From the IMG/VR virus record IMGVR_UViG_2541047435_000014: a stretch of 6,942 nt of DNA, one strand, 5' to 3'. Below the pieces are notes generated by a model. The model was not told the DNA's origin, made no database searches, and saw only the letters and a list, made by a program, of their open reading frames with translations. Origin of the DNA: a virus. Lineage: Duplodnaviria; Heunggongvirae; Uroviricota; Caudoviricetes. A program made the translations under genes and the position numbers. Of this stretch, positions 6,593 through 6,942 are shown piece by piece; position 1 is the first letter of the stretch, and every line of letters begins with the position of its first letter.

Positions 6593-6942
6593 GTAAGCGT
6601 ACAGCGAGGGCCGTATTGACGGGGATGTGTTATTCAGCTGGCAGTGCTATGCGCCACGGAAGCAGTTCGCTGACCCGGTTGACCGGCCAGTCTGCTATGA
6701 CGCCAAGCACATGGCGAAGGTAGCTTTCTGGATCCACGTCATTCAGTTTGCACGTCCCGATCAGGCTGTACAGTAGCGCTCCCCGCTCACCACCATGATC
6801 AGAGCCGAAGAACAGGAAGTTTTTACGACCCAGACTGACCGCCCGCAGGGCATTTTCAGCGATGTTGTTGTCGATTTCCACCCAGCCATCGTTCGCATAG
6901 TACGTCAGTGCCGGCCACTGGTTAAGTGCGTACGCGAACGCC
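6593..6942 (-). mobile_element. Terminal part of an IS66-family insertion sequence (element continues beyond the right window edge)
   Basis: The plus strand reads GTAAGCGTACAGCGAGGGCCGTATTGAC from 6593; IS66-family termini characteristically begin GTAA. It lies 34 nt outside the stop of an IS66-type transposase C-terminus, with composition changing at the junction. The exact boundary is plus or minus a few bp, and the other end and 8-bp target duplication are outside the window. Confidence 0.6.
6630..6942 (-). CDS. IS66-family transposase (TnpC-like), C-terminal fragment; 5' end beyond the window
   Basis: The minus-strand frame is open from the window edge to TAA at 6632-6630 and translates [103 protein letters not shown]. 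This matches the conserved C-terminal region of IS66-family transposases (LGRKN-[FWY]-LF-GSD-GGER...LPW). The track lists only the GTG-initiated tail 6630..6881. Confidence 0.85.
   Translation of the reverse strand, partial: AFAYALNQWPALTYYANDGWVEIDNNIAENALRAVSLGRKNFLFFGSDHGGERGALLYSLIGTCKLNDVDPESYLRHVLGVIADWPVNRVSELLPWRIALPAE

Noticed and set aside
1-6942. CRISPR arrays, tRNA or rRNA genes, integrase or attachment sites
   Set aside because: No spaced direct-repeat array, no cloverleaf-like tRNA candidate and no integrase-like ORF were found. The window is almost entirely protein-coding late-operon sequence plus an IS end.

Overview
This window is a phage (probably prophage) virion-morphogenesis module, with every supported gene on the minus strand, and an IS66-family insertion sequence ending at its right-hand (upstream) side. 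In transcription order (right to left) it reads: IS66-family transposase C-terminus and IS terminus (about 6593-6942), a 30-codon gene remnant and a strong intrinsic terminator, then scaffolding protein (5334-6341), major capsid protein (4096-5310), four small tightly coupled proteins of unknown function (3651-4040, 3140-3601, 2593-3156, 1943-2593), and a long tail-fibre gene starting at GTG 1946. The tail fibre has two collagen-like Gly-X-Y blocks separated by a tail-fibre-repeat-like linker. Its reading frame has no stop inside the window: an A7/T7 tract at 103-109 separates it from the -1 frame, which ends at TGA 12-10 just before a downstream ATG at 8-6. No rRNA, tRNA or CRISPR array was seen. 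All calls rest on manual translation and motif recognition; no database search was possible.
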